Assembly (NCBI RefSeq): GCF_009914755.1
Contig: NC_060934.1
Strand: one strand, 5' to 3'
From: the human T2T-CHM13v2.0 reference genome, Homo sapiens
Length of the DNA: 64,000 nucleotides
The notes under the pieces: generated by a model
Seen by the model: only the letters and a program-made list of their open reading frames with translations
Databases searched by the model: none
What the model was told of the DNA's origin: nothing
Position numbers and translations under genes: made by a program
In this document: one piece after another, positions 51,470-64,000 of the stretch
Position numbering within the stretch: position 1 is the stretch's first letter
How the letters are laid out: the number at the start of each line of letters is the position of its first letter

Positions 51470-52650
51470 ATGCACAGTGTACAAACATTCAAAAATATGA
51501 AGAAAAATCCCAATTACCCTTTTACTCTAGGAAGTACACCTAGTTTATCACACAGGCAACAAGTTTTAATGCATTCTTATGTTTTCTTCCAGAGATATGG
51601 TATGCATATTCAAGCACACATACATGCACACTTAAGATATAGTTCACAAATAAAACAAATGGCTAATCATTCTCAGCAAACTAACACAGGAACAGAAAAC
51701 CAAACACCGCGTGTTTTCACTCATAAGTGGGAGTTGAACAATGAGAACACAAGGACACAGGGAAGGAAACATCACAGACCAGGGCCTGTCCGGGGCCTGA
51801 CAAGGGGAGAGAGAGCATTAGGACAAATACCTAATGCATATGCAGGGATTAAAACCTTGATGACGCAGCAAACCACCATGGCACGTGTATACATACCTAT
51901 GTAACAAACCGGCACGTTCTGCATATGTATCCCAGAACTTAAAAGTAAAATTAAAAATAAAATAAAACATTTTCACAATGAAGAAAAAACAAACAAATGG
52001 CTAAAGAATTCTGTTCTGTCCTACACTTTAAAAAAACTTACTATGACGTGGAAACCAATCCATTTCCTATGAGTACATACAGAACTACTTCATTCTTTTA
52101 AATGGCTGGCTGCATTGTATTCCACTGGATAGATGTAAAATAATTTATTAAACTCTTTTTTTCCCTTGAGACAAGGTCTCGCTCTGTTGCCCAGGCTGGA
52201 GTGCAGTGGTGGGATCACGGCTAACTGCAGCCTCGAACTCCTGGGCTCAAACAATTCCTCCCACCTAAGCCTCCCAAGTAGCTGGGACTACTGGCATGAG
52301 CAACTGCACTCAGTTTATTTAACAGATAGTTAGGCTGTTTCCAGTCTTCTAATACATACAAGAAGAAGCCCTGTACTCAAGTCATCTCCCACAAATGAAT
52401 AAATGCATGTAGACTGGACAATAAGTTACGAGAAGAAAAATGCCTGAGTAAATGAATATATATAATTAGAAATGCATTCCACAAGCTTTATATCTGTATA
52501 TACTCATAACCAGCAATGAATGACAGTGGCAGTCTTTCTACACTCTTTTCAAAAACGTGTTCAAAACATTTGATCTTTGCTAATCTGATATTTGAAAAAC
52601 AGAAAAAAAGTATCCCATTATAGCTTTATCTTGCATGAGAACCATTTATA
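51470..52650 (-). mobile_element. Old L1ME-type fragments hosting the L1PA and a FRAM-like monomer (52156-52313)
   Basis: acttcattctttttaaatggctg...cattgtattccact...; ttaggctgtttccagtctt. Confidence 0.6.
51667..51990 (+). mobile_element. L1PA (L1PA7/8-like) 5'-truncated 3' end
   Basis: tcattctcagcaaactaacacaggaacagaaaaccaaacaccgc...gtatcccagaacttaaa; TSD aaacaaatggctaa at 51653 and 51991. Confidence 0.9.
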
Positions 52651-53047
52651 AGAGGCAAGTTGTATGTTTATCTTCACAGACAGCTAAGACTGAAGAAAAA
52701 GTGAAAGACACCTTTACAACATCTTGGAACTATGTTTTTACTTCAATTATGAATAATGTATGAATATAAAAATCTTATGTCAGTATTTAAAATGTTTACC
52801 AAGTTGTGACTGTTGCAGTCTGACTACCAGTCCTAGACCCAGACAGTAATTAGTGAAAGCTCTAGCACAAGCTGGACTTAGTAATGAGGCCATTTGTAAG
52901 GTCAGGTCTTATTTGGAATTAGCCAAAATTATGGCCTCTTAAAAAGTAGATTCAAGTCACAATCAAATAATAATTACACTTCAGAAACAAACCAACAGTG
53001 ATAAACATCCACTTCTTCCTAAAGTTTACATACACATATAGAGACTA

Positions 53048-53738
53048 CTTTTTCTGAGACAGAGTCTTACTCTGTTGCCTATCATAGCTCACTGTAACCT
53101 CGAACTCTTGGGCTCAAGGGATCCTCCCACCACAGCCTCTCCAGTATCTGGGACTACAGGCACACACCACCACACCCAGCTAGAAACTTTCTCGAAACTC
53201 AAAGAAAGTAATAGGAAAAAAATTGTGTTGTAATATTCACTAATTCACTAAGCATGTTTTAATAAAGTTTATTCAATCACTCACTGACTAGTTCTTGAAC
53301 TAATGATTTAAAACTCTTTGCATCTAAGATCTTTCAACTATTAACCTGACTTTAAAATGCTTGTATGTATTGTGACTCATTGAGGGAAGAGAGGCATTCT
53401 TCTAACTTACTGAAAAAGACTCTGCTTGTGCCTTTTTTGTTGATGTTGTTGTTGTTCAGACGGAGTCTCGCTCTGTCGCCCAGGCCGGAGTACAGTGGTG
53501 CAACCTTGACTCACTGCAGCCTTTGACTCCCAGGTTCCAGCGATTCCCCTGCTTCAGCCTCACAAGTAGCTGGGATTACAGGCACGCGCCACCACACCCA
53601 GCTAATTTTTGTATTTTTAGTAGAGACAGGGTTTCGTCATGTTGGCCAGGCTGGTCTCGAACTCCTAACCTCAGGTGATCTGCCCGCCTTGGCTTCCCAA
53701 AGTACTAATATTACAGGCGTGATCCACCATACCCGGCC
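53048..53738 (-). mobile_element. Partial Alu monomer (53048-53181) and AluSx-like element (53432-53738)
   Basis: TSD tgcttgtgc for the second. Confidence 0.88.
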
Positions 53739-54983
53739 TGCTTGTGCTTTTAATCAATCCCAGTGCTAAATGACAACCTCACGTATAACGTACATATGTG
53801 ATTCATATCATGTTATTTCTTGTACTGTTATGTCACTTTGTAAGCACATAGACATTTCATGCATCTAAGATCAATAGCATACAAACTATTTGGATACAGG
53901 TTTAAAAAATATATTTTTTATTTCTGTCACAGTAATAGCTCATTGCCCCAGAAAGCCATTAATAATAGCTTGTTATCTTTGCCAAGCAAAAAATAACCAA
54001 GATTCTTGTTTATCATTAATATTTCCAGATACTCTAAATTCATACTAAGAGTTTTTCTGATAACAATATAATAGTTTCAGAAGGAATAGTAAGGATATCC
54101 CTGAGAAGCCAGTGTCTGTTATGGAACTGATGTTAGAAACAAATACTCTAATGACACTAATCTTACTCTACCTTGAATTACAGTATTAATGGACCTGTCT
54201 GAGCAAGGACTTTGCCTTACTTATCTTTGTATTCCTGGCAGTATCTTTCTATCAGAGTATTCTTATAGTTAGTACTATATAAAATATCTTAAATTGTTAT
54301 GACCTCAAAATGGGACCAAAGACTCAAACTTCAAACTTTTGAAAACCATTAAATATGAATTATAGTTGGTTACTGCCTTAGCCATTATCAGAAATGCAAG
54401 CAAAATAACTCATATTGGATATCAGAACGCGTTGGTAACAGAAGTTTGGGCATAAGGCTGTCTCTACTTTTCAGACACAGCCATACCCAGATTGCTGGCT
54501 ACATCTGAGAGAATGAGGACTTAAGATTCACAGCCAGGAATTTAAAAAAAACAAAGCAAAACAAAAAACACCAAAAAAACCCAGCTCCCTGTTAAAATTC
54601 AAAATGGAAAAGGACTCAAAAAGAAATAAAAGACGTGGGATTTAATTAAACATTCATATTAATAAACTCTTGTTTTTTGGGTTGTCAGGAATAATTCAAA
54701 ATGTAAGATTACTTTGTCTAAAATGCAAATCAACTTTTAATGTTGGTAGAATCTGTCCCAAGAATAATAATTATGACAATAGTCTGTATAGTAAAAACAC
54801 TGGGAACTGGGTTGAGGTAGAAAACCTCAATTAAATAAGGCCACAGAAAAGATCAGATGGCAATTGCTTTTACTCTCTTTTAATCTACATGCAAAGTCTA
54901 GGAAACTTAAATATAAATGTATATGTATGTGTGTATTTACACACACAGCAAATTGGTAAATAGCCAACTAAAGATTGACTAGG

Positions 54984-55592
<609 letters not shown>

Positions 55593-55625
<33 letters not shown>

Positions 55626-55755
55626 AGGCAAGGTCTGACCCTCTCTCTCTCTCTCTCTGGAGGCAAGGTCTGGCAGCCTCGACTTCCCAGGCTCAAGAGA
55701 TCCTCCTACATCAGCCCCCAAGTAGCTGGGACTACGGGCAAGCACCACCATGCTG

Positions 55756-55797
<42 letters not shown>
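55593..55797. repeat. (CT)n blocks with duplicated ctggaggcaaggtctg, antisense Alu fragment (55672-55756) and (TG)~20
   Basis: Directly visible. Confidence 0.9.
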
Positions 55798-55798
<1 letters not shown>

Positions 55799-55897
55799 GA
55801 AAGATCTTTCTCAAAGGGATATTGCTATACTTGTATTCAAACTGTATTGTAACGTAAGTAATTTGATTAAAAATCATTTTTCTGATATTTCTTCTGT

Positions 55898-56513
<616 letters not shown>

Positions 56514-57489
56514 TGACATGACTTTTAGATTAATTTTTGGATCCTATGGTCTCATCAATACAGAGCCTCAAACTCCAGTAACCCACAATTTTGAAGGCTA
56601 GAAGTCTAAGATCAAGGTGGTTGTGAGATGAAACCAGATTTATAAAAGAAAAAATGTATGACTGTGACATCACTTAAACAAATTTAATTTTAAAAAGTGT
56701 ATATATACCTAGGCTTACCTATTTCACATTTTATCTTAAGAGTCTAAATATTTCGAAACTAAAAATATATAAGTACAATGACCTTATTTTTAAGAGTTCC
56801 CACTACTGAGCCTGTAGGAAAAATATAAAAATGTTACATATCAATAACCTATTAATAACACCCGATGTATTATTGAGATAACAGACGTTTTCAAAAATTT
56901 TCCAAATATTCAAGTAAATACAATGATAAATAAGGTTTATAGGTAGCTTTACTGCCATATGAAACAAAAATATTTATAACATGTTTATAAGGACCAGTAT
57001 TAAGTCTGGTCAATCATATCCCTCCTTATTTACCAGGGTTAAACGTCCTGGAGTTAACTTCATTTACTTTTTTAAAGATCTTTCTGAAAGGGATATTGCT
57101 ATGCTTGTACTCGAACTGTACTGTAACGTAAGTAATTTAATTAAAAACCATTTTTCTGATATTACTTCTTAAACATTTATCTCAAAAGAGGTATTTAAAG
57201 GCAAAATTTTTTCATTTAGGTATTTTTACAGTGGTTGGTGTCCACAACAAATAATTCTGAGGATTCGTCTAAAATTTCCTAAACTGTCTCTTTAAAAAAA
57301 AAAATCTTGCTCCTATTCCAAAAAGCAAGAATGAATGCTGAGATTTACAAAAATAGTTAACAGATTTGCTGAAGCATTTATTTTAAAAACATATATGGAA
57401 CAACTAGATATTATGCATTTCAGTATATTTCAATGTTTCATCATAAATATCACACATATTAAAAATAACGCGGACAATTTAAAAGTAGG

Positions 57490-62060
<4,571 letters not shown>

Positions 62061-62203
62061 CTGATTTTGAGAAAACCTCAATTATATAAAGTTATGTACC
62101 TGTCAAAAGCCAAAATAAATTACTTAACAAAATAAAAAGTAAACAAAATTCTTCATAGTAAGTAATACTTCTCCCCAGACATGGATTTATGACTAGTAGC
62201 TAA

Positions 62204-62516
<313 letters not shown>

Positions 62517-63062
62517 TTGACTAGCTAAATATTAAACATATCTGTGTGCTGGTAAGTAAATATTACATGTATCTGTGCATCAAAATCCAAGAAATATGGA
62601 GTTAACCTAATAATCTAACCTAAAAAATTACTTTTCCCACTTAACTCCATGAGGAAATCTAAATAAAAATAATTTCTTTCTTACAAGGATTGAACTGAAG
62701 GTATCAAAAGTAGAAGTTTTTTATATTTAAAAAGTTGTGAAGTGGAAATCTGAACTAAACAATTTAGTAAAAAGTTTTCCAAATGCCTTGTACTATACTT
62801 AACAATACAGTCCACTCCTGAATTTTCTCTCCATAGTATGTTTTATAATTGCTTCTACACAGGCCTTGAAAATTTTTTGCTAAATGTATTCCAAAGTATT
62901 TGTCTCTGATTACCTAATATAATTATAAATGGTATTTCCAATTTAATTATACTTAGAATTGATTAGTTCTGTGCCTTTGGATGAGCCACCGTGGCCACCC
63001 TAATTTTAGATGTTATTAAACTAGAAGCACACTTTTACATTAAACAATTACTTTCTTAAAAC

Positions 63063-64000
63063 TTTTTTTTTCCATAGGTTTTTGGGGAACAGGTAGCTTT
63101 TGGATACATGAGTAAGTTCTTTAGCGGTGATTTGTGGGATTTTGGTGCACTCACTACATGAGCAGCATACACTGAACCCAATTTGTAGTCTTTTATCACT
63201 CAATCCCCACCCACCATTTCCCCCGCAAGGCCCCAAAGTCCACTGTATGATTCTTATGCCTTTGCATCCTCACAGCTTAGCTCCCACTTATGAAAGAGAA
63301 CATACGATGTTTGGTTTTTCATTCCTGAGTTACTTCACTTAGAGTAACAGTCTCCAATCCCATCCAGGTTGTTGTGAATGCCACTAACTCATTCCTTTTT
63401 ATGGCTGAGTAGTATTCCATTGTGTGTGTAAGAATTTCTTTATCCACTCCTTGATTGATGAGCATTTGTGCCAGTTCCATATTTTTGTAATTCTAAATTG
63501 TGCTGCTTTGAACATGACTGTGCAAGTATCTTTTTCATATAATGACTACTTTTCCTCTGGGTAGACACCCAGTAGTGAGACTGCTGGATCCCACTACTGG
63601 GTATGGTACTTCTACTTAAAGGAATCTTCACACTGTCCATATTAGTCATACTAGTTTACATTCCCACCAGCGGTGTAAGAATGTTCCCTTTCCATCACAT
63701 CTGCACCAATATCCATTATTTTTTGACTTTTTAATAATAGCTAATCTGACTGGTGTGAGATGATCTCATGATTTTGATTTGCATTTCCCTGATCATTAGT
63801 GATGTTGAGCATTTTTTAATAAGTTTGTTGGCCATCTGCCACTTGTGCATATTCTTTTGAGAATTGTCTATTCATGTCCTTAGCCCACTTTTTGATGGGA
63901 CTGTTGAACTTTTTGTTTGAGTTCGTTGTAGATTCTGGATATTAGTCCTTTGTAGGATGTATACACTGTGAGGATTTTCTCCCACTCAGTGGGTTGCCTG
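63063..64000 (-). mobile_element. L1PB (L1PB1-like) 3' portion, continues beyond the window
   Basis: ttccataggtttttggggaacagg...tacatgagtaagttctttag...ccccaaagtccactgtat...gcttagctcccacttatga. Confidence 0.88.

Noticed and set aside
51335-51904. Longest ORF in the track (189 aa)
   Set aside because: Runs across an antisense Alu, old L1 debris and an L1PA 3' end; no gene-like splice structure or recognisable domain.
53374-53380. Isolated AP-1 consensus TGACTCA
   Set aside because: A single 7-mer is expected several times by chance in 64 kb; no supporting cluster.
56583-56620. MLT1-like fragment (gaaggctagaagtctaagatcaaggtg) ending about where the MLT1C piece at 48480 begins, suggesting swapped halves of one LTR
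   Set aside because: Only ~35 nt, and MaLR fragments are abundant; cannot be distinguished from an independent insertion without outgroup alignment.
62978-63000. Orphan ~20-nt antisense Alu 5'-end-like sequence (atgagccaccgtggcc)
   Set aside because: Too short to distinguish from chance or to interpret.

Overview
Human (primate) genomic DNA lying inside the JMJD1C gene, which runs on the minus strand. One coding exon is present at 14769-14882 (114 nt, phase 0/0, TFKPLVERNIPSSVTAVEFLVDKQLDFLTEDSAFQPYQ). I recognise this from memory as JMJD1C residues ~112-149, exon 3 of the long isoform. About 4 kb upstream (18963-~19500, minus) is a CpG-enriched, repeat-free block that looks like an internal promoter and alternative first exon. 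It has an in-frame ATG that would add MTPLQ to exon 3. The rest is intron, with about 70 Alu-family pieces (counted by eye), L1/L2/MIR fragments, LTRs (MLT2, MER34-like, MER66, MER52, MLT1C), DNA-transposon fossils (MER33, MER5A, MER6A, Tigger2-type, MER82) and microsatellites. Nearly all supplied ORFs are repeat-derived noise. The most unusual structure is at 26992-27441: an ASR/snaR-related Pol III RNA ending in TTTT, joined directly to a full-length AluY, with one 17-bp target-site duplication around both. This resembles U6/L1-type chimeric retrogenes. Other notable items are a near-zero-spacer Alu fold-back, a 96-bp templated duplication inside a scrambled Alu, an Alu/L1 micro-inversion, a four-level nested transposon stack and a short L1 3' transduction. 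Repeat family calls are from remembered consensus sequences, not a database search, and repeat boundaries are approximate.
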